From contig JAZUQF010000186.1 of NCBI GenBank assembly GCA_045605545.1, positions 1 to 61,766 of the forward strand: a stretch of DNA of 61,766 nt, given 5' to 3'. Each line of letters begins with the position of its first letter. Position 1 is the first letter of the stretch. Both the position numbers and the translations under genes were made by a program. This document shows positions 30,363 through 39,918 of the stretch, piece by piece. The notes under the pieces are model-generated. The model saw only the letters and a list, made by a program, of their open reading frames with translations. It searched no databases and was not told the origin of the DNA. Source of the DNA: Lysinibacillus sp. Its GTDB lineage: Bacteria > Bacillota > Bacilli > Bacillales_A > Planococcaceae.

Positions 30363-30394
30363 GGAGATATTGAAGTTTAAAGGAGCGCGAGTGT

Positions 30395-31309
30395 ATGTCG
30401 TTAAGTATATTTGGTTTCCAGGCGCTGTGGAGCCCTTATCTGATGGGCATTATTGGATTTTTGACGGTTGTATATTTTTTAACGACGATTGTTTGGCGAA
30501 AAGATTTTAACGTGAGTGAACCTTTAAAAAAAAGTGAGGCAACTTACTTTGTTCTAGGGATGGTTTCCCTTTATATTATCAAAGGGTCCCCGATTGATCT
30601 GATGGGGCATATTACATTCACCATGCATATGACGCAGATGGCGCTGCTATTGTTGTTAGTGCCCATCTTCATCATCAAAGGGATTCCGTGGTGGGTATGG
30701 AAGGTTGTAGTGGAGGCCCCTGTAGTGCGCACGGTCTTCAAAATATTCACGAGGCCTTTAGTGGCGATTCTTATTTTTGTTTTCATGTTCAGCTTCTATC
30801 ATCTGCCATCGGTTTTTGATGTCATCAAGCTGGATATGACATTACATGGCATCTACACGTTCCTTCTGTTTATTAGCGCCGTGTTCATGTATTGGCCGTT
30901 GCTTAACAAAGTGGAAGGGCAGCATAAGATGAAAAACATCAATAAGCTGGCGTATATCGCTGGAAATGCCGTATTGATTACACCTGCTTGCGCATTAATC
31001 ATTTTTGCGAGCCATCCTTTATACGCCACATTTTCCGAAGCGGATTCTTGGCTGAAGGCGATGGAGCTGTGTGTGTCTGGCGATACGCTGGCAAGCCTGA
31101 ACTTATCGGGTCCTGAACTATTCACGAATATGGATGCCGTGAGCGACCAGCAGGTGGGCGGCGTATTGATGAAAATCATCCAGGAAATCATCTTTGGGGT
31201 CATTTTGTTCCGCGTATTCCGCGTATGGTGGAATAGTGAACGAGCGAATTCCGAGGATATTACAGAAAAGGCGCTGCAAGACTTCCAAAACCGCACAAAC
31301 TACAACTAA
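30395..31309 (+). CDS. ctaG: caa3 oxidase assembly factor CtaG
   Basis: FGFQALWSPY, KGSPIDL, HMTQM, DQQVGGVLMKIIQE. Confidence 0.93.
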   Translation: MSLSIFGFQALWSPYLMGIIGFLTVVYFLTTIVWRKDFNVSEPLKKSEATYFVLGMVSLYIIKGSPIDLMGHITFTMHMTQMALLLLLVPIFIIKGIPWWVWKVVVEAPVVRTVFKIFTRPLVAILIFVFMFSFYHLPSVFDVIKLDMTLHGIYTFLLFISAVFMYWPLLNKVEGQHKMKNINKLAYIAGNAVLITPACALIIFASHPLYATFSEADSWLKAMELCVSGDTLASLNLSGPELFTNMDAVSDQQVGGVLMKIIQEIIFGVILFRVFRVWWNSERANSEDITEKALQDFQNRTNYN

Positions 31310-31336
31310 TCTAGAGAATGAATAGGAGAATAGGAA

Positions 31337-31798
31337 ATGAGCGTACCAATTTTACCGACGATTAGTACAGCATTCATCGTACTAAGTGCCATTTTAGTAG
31401 CGATTGGATGGGGTCTGATTGCAAAGAGAAAAATCGAGGCACATAAGAAGGTCATGACTGCAGCTGGCGTTGCGGCAGTTATATTCTTCATCATCTATGC
31501 TTCTCGCACAGTATTCGTCGGAAATACTGCATTCGGCGGCCCTGAGGAATTGAAGGGCTATTATACGTTCTTCTTGATTTTCCACATTACATTGGCGACG
31601 ACTGGGGCCGTCTGTGGAATCATCAGCCTTTGGACGGGGTACAAAAACAATTTGAAGGTCCATCGCAAAATTGGTCCGATTTCTAGTATCATTTGGTTCT
31701 TCACAGCAATTACAGGCGTAATGGTATACTTGCTGTTATATGTAATCTATGAAGGCGGCGAAACGACTTCGGTCATCAAGGCGATTTTAGGGTTCTAG
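31337..31798 (+). CDS. DUF420 (YozB-like) membrane protein
   Basis: LPTIST, H..VM, FHITLA, HRKIG, TGVMVY motifs. Confidence 0.85.
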   Translation: MSVPILPTISTAFIVLSAILVAIGWGLIAKRKIEAHKKVMTAAGVAAVIFFIIYASRTVFVGNTAFGGPEELKGYYTFFLIFHITLATTGAVCGIISLWTGYKNNLKVHRKIGPISSIIWFFTAITGVMVYLLLYVIYEGGETTSVIKAILGF

Positions 31799-31996
31799 TG
31801 CAAGAAAAGAGGCGTTTGGAAAGACGGCGCCTTTTTCAATCACCGCAGGAGCAGGGCTTCTTAAAGGGTGAACATCAAGAAAATGGGCTATTCAGAACGT
31901 GCTTTCTGGATAGTCTTTTTTAGTGGACAGGCTTTTTTGGCCATCGGCGGGGGAAGGGAACAAAAAAGGCAACCTTGAGGGGTTGCCGTTGATTCA

Positions 31997-32428
31997 CTAT
32001 TTCAGTTGTTCGACGCGTTGTTTTGGAACGTCCTTTACAGCGGCATTCGAAGTTTTTTCGCTTTCTTGAGCGATGATGCCGTATTTTGATAAGTCTTTTG
32101 CAACAGCTTCTAGAATTTGTTCGCAATCCTTGACAAGGTGTGATGGGAATACTTCATCAGTGTATTCGATGCCGTGCGGATAGTAGTATTTACCGATCGC
32201 CGGCTTTAAGATTTTCAATGTCGCATCGTGGGCACCTACATCGCCGGAAATTGCATCACAGAATACACGTAGATAGAAACGGCCTTCACGTACATCGAAG
32301 CGGCGGTCAAACGTCATGCGGTCGTAGTCCCATGCTCCGTGGCATTCCAGACCGTGTTTTTTTAAGATGTCCGTCAGGAACTCCTGATCAATAACAATAT
32401 TTTCAATTGATGTGTTTTCAAAATACAT
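31997..32428 (-). CDS. ylbA: YlbA / YugN family protein
   Basis: WDYDRMTFD, YLRV, GKYYYPHGIEY; ATG after AAGGAGG. Confidence 0.85.
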   Translation of the reverse strand: MYFENTSIENIVIDQEFLTDILKKHGLECHGAWDYDRMTFDRRFDVREGRFYLRVFCDAISGDVGAHDATLKILKPAIGKYYYPHGIEYTDEVFPSHLVKDCEQILEAVAKDLSKYGIIAQESEKTSNAAVKDVPKQRVEQLK

Positions 32429-32574
32429 TATTTTATCCTCCTTTACCAAATCGTACATAATCATGTGCTTCATTGTTAATAATAGATTAAATAAACATTT
32501 GTTGCAATGACAACATTGTGTCAGCTACTGACAAATTGATATAATAATATACAGTAGAAACAAAAAAGGGGGGC

Positions 32575-33639
32575 ATGTCCGTGAAGGCGCTATTCCGTAT
32601 TTTAATCGTTGCGACCGTTGTAGGCATTGTTTTTTATTACTGGGCGGCAGACAACGAGCATGTCCCGCTGGAAGGTCCGAATACAGTGCAACAGGCGATT
32701 CCCTCTGAACAGTATATCAATGACTATAAGGAAGTGCTGTCAAGGCCGGCTGCAGGAATTTCGACAGTTATTGGGCAGCCTGTTGAAATATTGATGCAAA
32801 GTTATGGAGAGCCTAGAAGAGTGGATGCGTCTGCTTTTGGCTATGAATGGTGGGTCTATGAACAGGCGATGTTCGGCATTGAACAGGGGAAGGTCATCCA
32901 GGTCTACACCAACTCGGCGGATGTGGACGTCAGTCCTTACAAGATTGGTCAATCCATTGAGGAAATCTATAGGATGACAATCCTCGATGCGGAAGTCTCC
33001 GTCACAATAGGAGACAATATCTACATGTTCACCATGAGCGAGGAAGATACAAAAAACCGCCTTCTAGCTAAGTTTGACACACTGTATGCGCAGTTATACA
33101 TAGACCAGGAAGAGGGGGAATTGGCAGGCATCCGTTTTACGGACGGCAAGACGCTGGTTCTTCACCAGCCGTATGAAATGCAATTTGTCGGTGAATTGAT
33201 TGTCAAAGAGACGCCTTCTTCCTTTCAGCAATTTGAAATCAATGAGGCGAGTGCAGAACAGTTTTTCGAATTGACCAACGTCTATCGGAAAAAATACGGA
33301 GTTGCGCAGCTGATGCCGTCTGAACAATTGAATAATACGGCTATGACCCATAGTGAGGATATGTTTTTGCAGGATTTCGTCTCCCATGACTCCCCGACAT
33401 ATGGTTCCCTGGAAAAAAGACTGGAGGCTAATTCGATTTCCTACGAGGAGGCGAATGAAAATGTAGCAATGGCCTATTATGATGCCATCGAGACGGTACA
33501 TGGCCTGTTAAATTCTTCGGACCATCGGGAAATCATGCTGAACGACGTATATACCCACGGAGGGACAGGTGCCTATTATGATTATTATACGCAGATTTTT
33601 ATAAAGAAAAATATTCAAGAAGAAAACGGCCTGCAATAG
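32575..33639 (+). CDS. ylbC: CAP (SCP) domain protein
   Basis: N-terminal TM, GYEWWVY, HSEDM..SH, ENVA, NS..HR. Confidence 0.87.
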   Translation: MSVKALFRILIVATVVGIVFYYWAADNEHVPLEGPNTVQQAIPSEQYINDYKEVLSRPAAGISTVIGQPVEILMQSYGEPRRVDASAFGYEWWVYEQAMFGIEQGKVIQVYTNSADVDVSPYKIGQSIEEIYRMTILDAEVSVTIGDNIYMFTMSEEDTKNRLLAKFDTLYAQLYIDQEEGELAGIRFTDGKTLVLHQPYEMQFVGELIVKETPSSFQQFEINEASAEQFFELTNVYRKKYGVAQLMPSEQLNNTAMTHSEDMFLQDFVSHDSPTYGSLEKRLEANSISYEEANENVAMAYYDAIETVHGLLNSSDHREIMLNDVYTHGGTGAYYDYYTQIFIKKNIQEENGLQ

Positions 33640-33651
33640 CAGGCCGTTTTT
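33623..33651 (+). terminator. Terminator overlapping ylbC stop
   Basis: AAAACGGCCTGC-AATA-GCAGGCCGTTTT. Confidence 0.85.
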
Positions 33652-33790
33652 GTGTGTCAAAAACATTGAACCGTTATGAAATGCCTGTTGGACGAGCCTG
33701 TATTTGCAACAAAAGCGGAGAGGCGGGAGAAGGCCGTTTTTTGTGTCAAAATCCAAGCGCCCACATACTGTAAAGGCAGGAGGGTGTAAC

Positions 33791-35278
33791 GTGCAATTAG
33801 CAGAGTTATTAAAAGATTGGCCGTGCACAGTAAAGGGTTCAATTAGAGAAGAAGTGGTGCGTGTCGAGGATGCGTTGGAGGAGGTGCGTATGGGTGATTT
33901 ATTCATCGCACGAAAAGGAAAAAAATATGACGGAAAAAAGTGGATCGCCCAGGCGCTTGAACGGGGCGCAAAAGCCATTGTAGTGGATGATGAAGTTTTC
34001 TTCGATGAATTTTCATGTGATGCGCCCGTGATCTGGGTGCCGAATATATTGCAATTCAGCGCATATGCAAGTGCCAAACTATGCGGCTTTCCATCCGAAG
34101 TGTTGAAAATAGTCGCCATTACGGGGACGAACGGGAAGACGACAGTCAGCCATTTCATCGGACAGCTGCTCCAGAAGATGAATAAGCGCGTGCTCGTCAT
34201 CGGAACGAACGGCGTTTATCTAAATGGTACGCCTTTCGATGCGAATATAGAACAACTTACGACATTACAGCCGAAACATTTACACCCGCTATTTTTGGAA
34301 GCAATCCGGCAAAATGTCGAATATGTGATAATGGAAGCCTCCTCTATGGGATTGGCTACGTATCGGCTGGATTATTGCGATATAGATATCGGTGTGTTTT
34401 TGAACCTGACGGAGGACCATCTGGAGGATCATGGGTCGTTCGAACAATATAAGCTGGCAAAGCAGCGCCTGGCCGGATTGAGCAACAAGCTCGTCTTGAA
34501 CGGCGATGATTCGTTTTGCAGGAGTGTGGGGGTCCTTTCGAAGCGTGAGAAATGCTATTTCGGTCTGAAGGGACGCGTCGATGTCCTGCTGCAGGCGTTG
34601 GCGGAAGGGAAGAATGAAAGTACATGCTGGGTGCAGACGTCACATAACGAGCGGGTCGTGACCATCCCGTTTATAGGGGATTACCAACGTGCAAATATAG
34701 CGGCAACAATAGCGGTGCTGAATATGTTCGGGTTCTCCTTCGACGATGTGATGGAGTTGATTCCTAGCATGACCTTGCCGGAGGGGCGCATGCAAACATT
34801 CCACAGCAGGCAGGGCTTCCAGGTCATCGTCGACTATGCCCATACGGCCGATGCATTGAAGGCGGTCCTGCAGACTGTAAAGGATGCCTCCACGCGGAAT
34901 CTTTACGTCGTCTTCAGCTGCGGCGGGGAAAGGGATGTTGCCAAACGTAAGGAGATGGGAACAGTTGCTTCTAAATATGCCCACTATATTATTTTGACGA
35001 CCGATAATTGCCGCAGCGAAGATCCGGAAGTGATCAACCGCCAGATTGCCGCGGGTTTTTTCGCCACACAAAGCTACGAAGTCATATTATCACGTGAACA
35101 GGCAATCGAGAAGGCGCTGCGTCTGGCGAAGGAAGGCGATGTCGTCGTCATAGCAGGAAAAGGGCATGAGCGCACCCAAATCATCGGGAACGTCACGATG
35201 CCATTTTCGGATATTGATTGTGTGACCACCTTACTTGCGCGGCTCGATGACGAAAAAAGTTGCGGTAGCCGTAGCTAA
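33791..35278 (+). CDS. murE: Divergent MurE-family Mur ligase
   Basis: GTNGKTT, MEASS, NLTEDHL, DYAHT, CGGERD, DNCR, GKGHE; GTG start after GGAGGG. Confidence 0.85.
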   Translation: MQLAELLKDWPCTVKGSIREEVVRVEDALEEVRMGDLFIARKGKKYDGKKWIAQALERGAKAIVVDDEVFFDEFSCDAPVIWVPNILQFSAYASAKLCGFPSEVLKIVAITGTNGKTTVSHFIGQLLQKMNKRVLVIGTNGVYLNGTPFDANIEQLTTLQPKHLHPLFLEAIRQNVEYVIMEASSMGLATYRLDYCDIDIGVFLNLTEDHLEDHGSFEQYKLAKQRLAGLSNKLVLNGDDSFCRSVGVLSKREKCYFGLKGRVDVLLQALAEGKNESTCWVQTSHNERVVTIPFIGDYQRANIAATIAVLNMFGFSFDDVMELIPSMTLPEGRMQTFHSRQGFQVIVDYAHTADALKAVLQTVKDASTRNLYVVFSCGGERDVAKRKEMGTVASKYAHYIILTTDNCRSEDPEVINRQIAAGFFATQSYEVILSREQAIEKALRLAKEGDVVVIAGKGHERTQIIGNVTMPFSDIDCVTTLLARLDDEKSCGSRS

Positions 35279-35731
35279 CTTCCGTCCTGTTTCATCTTCA
35301 ATGACGCACTCCATGACAAGCATCCGCCGCCCCTTGCTGATGAAGTAGCCTTTCGCAATCAATTCTTTATTGCTTGTTGTTGCGATATAATTGATGTTCA
35401 AATTCGTCGTGACAACGTTTTTCCCCGGTTCGATGGCGCGGGTGGCAAGTTCACCCATGGCGGCATCGGCAATCGTCGCCAAAATCCCGCCGTGTGGATA
35501 CTTGATTGTATTATGGATGACCGGCGTGATGGGTATGCGGATGACGCTATGGTCTGGAAAAAATTCACCCGTCATATGGAGCGCCGCATTAATATAGCGT
35601 TTATGGATGCCTGTCTGTTTGTCACGCAGTCCTTCGAGAAGATGCATCAGCACTTCCGCGTCTTCCGTCGTGCCATCGAGGAGAATCTGTTGTAAAAGCT
35701 CCTCCACCTTTTCTTTTTGTGTGGTAGTCAT
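35231..35731 (-). CDS. PaaI family thioesterase
   Basis: HGGILATIADAAMG hotdog-fold motif. Confidence 0.87.
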   Translation of the reverse strand: MTTTQKEKVEELLQQILLDGTTEDAEVLMHLLEGLRDKQTGIHKRYINAALHMTGEFFPDHSVIRIPITPVIHNTIKYPHGGILATIADAAMGELATRAIEPGKNVVTTNLNINYIATTSNKELIAKGYFISKGRRMLVMECVIEDETGRKLATATATFFVIEPRK

Positions 35732-35818
35732 GGTGCCTCGCTCCATTTCCATAATCTTATTTATACCAAATGTAACATAATTTCTGTTATGATAGGGGAG
35801 AGAATGGAGGAATTTTCG

Positions 35819-36271
35819 ATGTTGATGACTTCAGAATGGGCGTTCATTTTAGACGAAGCCGACATGTTGAGTGCAATGATTCTTTCATCTGAACAGGCCC
35901 AGAATCTGCGCATCGCCTACCAGGCGGTTTACGGGGATGAGGAGCTTGCTGCACAAGTGAGGGCATTCAGCCGTCTAAAGGAACAATATGAAGATGTACA
36001 GCGTTTCGGGAAGTACCATCCCGACTATCATACAATCATGAAAAAAATCCGTGAGCAGAAGCGTGCGCTGGATATGAATGAAAAGGTTGCACAGCTCAAG
36101 GTCGCGGAAAACGATTATCAGGACTTGCTCGATGAGATAAGCCTGATTATCGGCAAATCTGTTTCGGAGGCTGTAAAAGTACCTGTAAGCAACCCGTTCT
36201 TTTCAACGGGCGGTGGCGGCTGCAGTACAGGCGGCTGCGGATCAGGCGGGTCATGCTCATGTTCGGCATGA
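35819..36271 (+). CDS. ylbF: YlbF (RicF) regulator
   Basis: YEDVQRFGKYHPDY, NPFF..GGCGSGGSCSC. Confidence 0.93.
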   Translation: MLMTSEWAFILDEADMLSAMILSSEQAQNLRIAYQAVYGDEELAAQVRAFSRLKEQYEDVQRFGKYHPDYHTIMKKIREQKRALDMNEKVAQLKVAENDYQDLLDEISLIIGKSVSEAVKVPVSNPFFSTGGGGCSTGGCGSGGSCSCSA

Positions 36272-36274
36272 ATG

Positions 36275-36305
36275 ATGCAGCAGGGAAATTCCCTGCTGCA
36301 TTTTT
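36275..36305 (+). terminator. Terminator after ylbF
   Basis: ATGCAGCAGGG-AAATT-CCCTGCTGCAT plus T-run. Confidence 0.85.
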
Positions 36306-36457
36306 ATTTGGCGTCCATTAACAAAGCGGGACTGCCGACTGATTATGAATAAGTTTACGACTGAAAAAATCTTATATAAACTTTTGACTAAATAGTTTTA
36401 TTTTCCAATAATTTCATTTACAATGGACGATAGCATGATAGCAGAGGGGAATAGACG

Positions 36458-38044
36458 TTGTTGGGTTCGAATGAAAGATTCATATTTCGTTTGAGGTTTC
36501 TGGTCATCGGAGTCGTCATGATGGCCTTTGTTTCAACGATTGCAAGCAGTTTATGGGGTGTTCATCAAATATCCAAAAATATATTAATAGAAAATACATT
36601 GGAAACGAACCGGGTGTATGCCCAGAAGCTGGCTACTACAGCCAATACCTATCTGGAGGAAACGTTTAAAACGCTTCAGTTCAGCGCCCTCTATATTTCC
36701 GAGAATTATGGAAATGAAGCCTTGCTCCAGCAGGAAGTGGAGCGTTTACGGTATCAGACGGATGTATTCAACTCGGTTGCCATTACCGATGATGAAGGGA
36801 TGGTTCTCGCCATTTCTCCTCCTACATTGGAGCTGAAGGGCGTTCAATTGAGCAGCGAGCAGACAGGAAAAGCGCTGGAAAAGAAGGAACCGGATATATC
36901 CAAACCATATGAAGGGATTACGGGGCGGAAGCTCATCTTCATTTCCTACCCTATTTTCAATGATGGGGGCGAGTATATCGGGCTTATTGGTGGAACCATT
37001 TATATCGAACAAGATAATATATTCCACAAATTGTTGGGAGAACATTTTTATGATGACGGCTCATACGTATATGTAGTCGATGAGGATGGGACGGTCATCT
37101 ATCACCAAAATCCAGGCAGGATTGGGGATGATGTGGCTGGCAATGATGTTGTTGAGCGGTTGATGGAAGGGGAAAGTGGTGCAGCGCAAGTAAAGAATAC
37201 AAAAGGTGTGGAAATGCTGGCGGGCTATAGCTCGGTCGAACTTCCACAATGGGGCATCGTTTCTCAGCGGCCGCTTGATGTAACATTGGTTCCATCTACA
37301 GATCTGGTGAAGAAGGTAGCGTTGATTTCCATGCCTTTCGTAGCATTGGCATTCATCATTTTGCTTGTTATTGCCTCATTTATTACAAAGCCGTTGCAAC
37401 AGATGGCGTTGCTTTCAATGAATGAGCAGGGGAAGGTGAAAATAGAGGATTTCCATAAAGTAAAGAGCTGGTATTTTGAAGCCCGTATTTTAAAAGAATC
37501 GCTCGTCCATGCCTTTACCCTTCTGCAAAATCGCATCAGCCATTATCAAACCCAGTCTGCGACAGATGTGCTGACAGGGCTGATGAACCGTCGTACTATG
37601 GATGAAACGCTCATTCGTTGGACGGAGGAAAAGCAGGAATACGCAGTAGTGCTTGTCGATTTGGATCATTTTAAAAGCATAAATGATACATATGGGCATG
37701 GTGTCGGGGATGAAGTGCTGAAATATCTCGCGCAAAGCATGCGGATGCATAGCCGTCCTCAGGATATCTGCTGTCGCTATGGAGGTGAGGAATTCATCAT
37801 TCTTTTACCGAAGACAAACGAAGCGGAGGCATATGCAGTAGCGGAGAATTTACGCCAATACCTGCAGGATACAGACAGCCCTTGCGGCAGGCCGGTGACG
37901 ATGTCCGGGGGGATTGCCATGTATCCCGAAGCGGGAGATTCTCCGCAGGCCATTATAGAAAGGGCGGACCAGGCGCTCTATAAAGCGAAGCATCAGGGGC
38001 GCAACCAGTTGCAGCTTTCTTCTGCAATTGGGATTGTTCAGTAA
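36458..38044 (+). CDS. Membrane dCache-sensor diguanylate cyclase
   Basis: Two TMs around Cache-like domain; DVLTGLMNRR, DLDHFKSINDTYGH, I-site RPQD, GGEEF. Confidence 0.92.
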   Translation: MLGSNERFIFRLRFLVIGVVMMAFVSTIASSLWGVHQISKNILIENTLETNRVYAQKLATTANTYLEETFKTLQFSALYISENYGNEALLQQEVERLRYQTDVFNSVAITDDEGMVLAISPPTLELKGVQLSSEQTGKALEKKEPDISKPYEGITGRKLIFISYPIFNDGGEYIGLIGGTIYIEQDNIFHKLLGEHFYDDGSYVYVVDEDGTVIYHQNPGRIGDDVAGNDVVERLMEGESGAAQVKNTKGVEMLAGYSSVELPQWGIVSQRPLDVTLVPSTDLVKKVALISMPFVALAFIILLVIASFITKPLQQMALLSMNEQGKVKIEDFHKVKSWYFEARILKESLVHAFTLLQNRISHYQTQSATDVLTGLMNRRTMDETLIRWTEEKQEYAVVLVDLDHFKSINDTYGHGVGDEVLKYLAQSMRMHSRPQDICCRYGGEEFIILLPKTNEAEAYAVAENLRQYLQDTDSPCGRPVTMSGGIAMYPEAGDSPQAIIERADQALYKAKHQGRNQLQLSSAIGIVQ

Positions 38045-38080
38045 AAGAAGCCTGGCTCTATCAGGGAGCCAGGCTTCTTT
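38044..38080. terminator. Bidirectional terminator
   Basis: AAAGAAGCCTGGCTC / GAGCCAGGCTTCTTT between convergent genes. Confidence 0.9.
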
Positions 38081-38081
38081 G

Positions 38082-38990
38082 TTATTGGACATATTTTTTC
38101 AGTAATGTTTCAGCAATGTCAGGGCGGTCTGTAATAATGCCGGCTGCTCCTGTGCGAACAAGGCGGGACATCGTTACTAGATCGTTTATGCCTGTATATA
38201 ATACATGGCAGTTCAAATCGCCTAAAAACTTGACGAATTTCGGAGAATCGAAGTTCATGACGTTCAATTTCAATGGCGTTTCGAATACATCTACCTTTGG
38301 AGAGTACAGGTGCCCGAATTGGCTAGTCAAAGATGTATAGGCCTTTGTAAGATCAGCATCGCCTGCGCCTAATGCCACCCGGTCCTGTGCATACAGGTTG
38401 AAACGATCCGTTTGCTCGCTGTAGTTCGAAGATACAATGACGCGGCCTGTTGCTTGCAGCTCTTCTAGCAGGCGCCATAGCTTGGACGGCATCAGGCTGC
38501 CTTCATAGGTATCGGGAGCATCCTTGATATCGATGGATACGAGCTTATCGGGAAATGCTTCAAGTAATTCACGCAATGTAACGATTTCTATTTTTCTACC
38601 TTTATATGGGTGATTTCCTTCTAAACATACGAAGTTTTCACCGATGTTCAGTTCGCGCAAATCAGTCAATGTGAGATCTTTTACATCGCTTGCGACGCCT
38701 GTCAGACGTTCCACAGATGCATCATGGAACAAGACGATTTCTTCGTCCTTCGTCAGACGGATATCGACCTTGAATCCATCAACGCCATATTCCGCCGCCT
38801 TTTCAAATGCCAGCATGGAATGTTCAGGTGCTAGATGGCCACCACCATGGCGTGCTAGTACAATGGGGCGTGTAAAATTCAGAACATCTTTATCTTCGCG
38901 TTTTTGTGGCTTTGCTACTGCTTTTGTACCTGCCCAGACAGCTGCACTGGCGGCTGCAATGGCAAGCGCGACTTTTGTTTTCTTTCCCAT
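38082..38990 (-). CDS. Glycerophosphodiester phosphodiesterase family protein with altered active-site motifs
   Basis: LAPE, D.RLTKD..IV.FHD, GIITDRPD; ARHG and FKVD replace AHRG and xExD. Confidence 0.85.
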   Translation of the reverse strand: MGKKTKVALAIAAASAAVWAGTKAVAKPQKREDKDVLNFTRPIVLARHGGGHLAPEHSMLAFEKAAEYGVDGFKVDIRLTKDEEIVLFHDASVERLTGVASDVKDLTLTDLRELNIGENFVCLEGNHPYKGRKIEIVTLRELLEAFPDKLVSIDIKDAPDTYEGSLMPSKLWRLLEELQATGRVIVSSNYSEQTDRFNLYAQDRVALGAGDADLTKAYTSLTSQFGHLYSPKVDVFETPLKLNVMNFDSPKFVKFLGDLNCHVLYTGINDLVTMSRLVRTGAAGIITDRPDIAETLLKKYVQ

Positions 38991-39200
38991 ACTTGTCCTC
39001 CTCTTACGTACTGTATTCCTCTGTAAAGCTTCAATATACACATGTAAGACACGAATAGAGCGCCGTTTTACAATCATCTTTCGAGGAAGCACTCTACTGT
39101 TTTCCATTATAACGGAAAATCCTCCCTCCTGTCAGCTAAACTCTGTTGCTATCATTTTTGAGTGTATGGTATGCTCTTATCAAGAAATGAGGGATTTATC

Positions 39201-39473
39201 ATGACAGAAAGGCAAGGAATCATCGTCTATGTGCATCAGTTGAAGCATGCGAAATCGCTGCGCAAATATGGCCATGTCCATTATATTTCACGCAAATTGA
39301 AATATGTCGTCATGTATTGCAATCAAGAAGATGTCGAGGCGGTCAAAAATAAACTACAACGCCTTCCGTTTGTGAAAGGCGTTGTCGAATCATTCCGTCC
39401 GTTTTTGAAGACCGAGTTCGAGAATGCGAAACCGGATAAGGCGAAGGAATATGACTATAAAATAGGGCTTTGA
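39201..39473 (+). CDS. ylbG: YlbG (UPF0298) protein
   Basis: [26 protein letters not shown]. Confidence 0.92.
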   Translation: MTERQGIIVYVHQLKHAKSLRKYGHVHYISRKLKYVVMYCNQEDVEAVKNKLQRLPFVKGVVESFRPFLKTEFENAKPDKAKEYDYKIGL

Positions 39474-39863
39474 TTAGTGCATCGGCGGAATATAGCGGCT
39501 CATGCGCAATATGCCAATCAAATATTGATAAAATTGTTCCGGCTCCTTGAAAAAGGAGGAGTGCTTGATTTCAAGTGTAACCGCCTGTTTTTCGATAGCG
39601 GCCAGGGCCTCTTCAAACAGGTCCACCCGTTTAGCACGCTTGTCCTCGTTGTAAGGGATTCCCTCCCGGCATATATAGATGGGCATGAATTTGCTTTCAC
39701 CCACAGGCTTTAATGAGACAGCGAGCGAACAAACTTTCTGCCCGTCCTTGTGAGAGGTGAAAATGTATGCGCCATGGAAGCGTGCTTCATTCGTCTTGAT
39801 GAGCTCACATAGCTCATAGACATCGCCATAGCCTCGACCAAGTTCTATGAATTGTTGAATCAA
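39474..39863 (-). CDS. Conserved hypothetical protein
   Basis: MIQQFIELGRGYGDVYEL...PIYICREGIP...YLIGILR; TTG start after AAGGA. Confidence 0.8.
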   Translation of the reverse strand: MIQQFIELGRGYGDVYELCELIKTNEARFHGAYIFTSHKDGQKVCSLAVSLKPVGESKFMPIYICREGIPYNEDKRAKRVDLFEEALAAIEKQAVTLEIKHSSFFKEPEQFYQYLIGILRMSRYIPPMH

Positions 39864-39918
39864 ATCTTTCACATCCTTTCCATTCAATATAGTATCATGA
39901 TGCAGGAGGAACGGGCAC

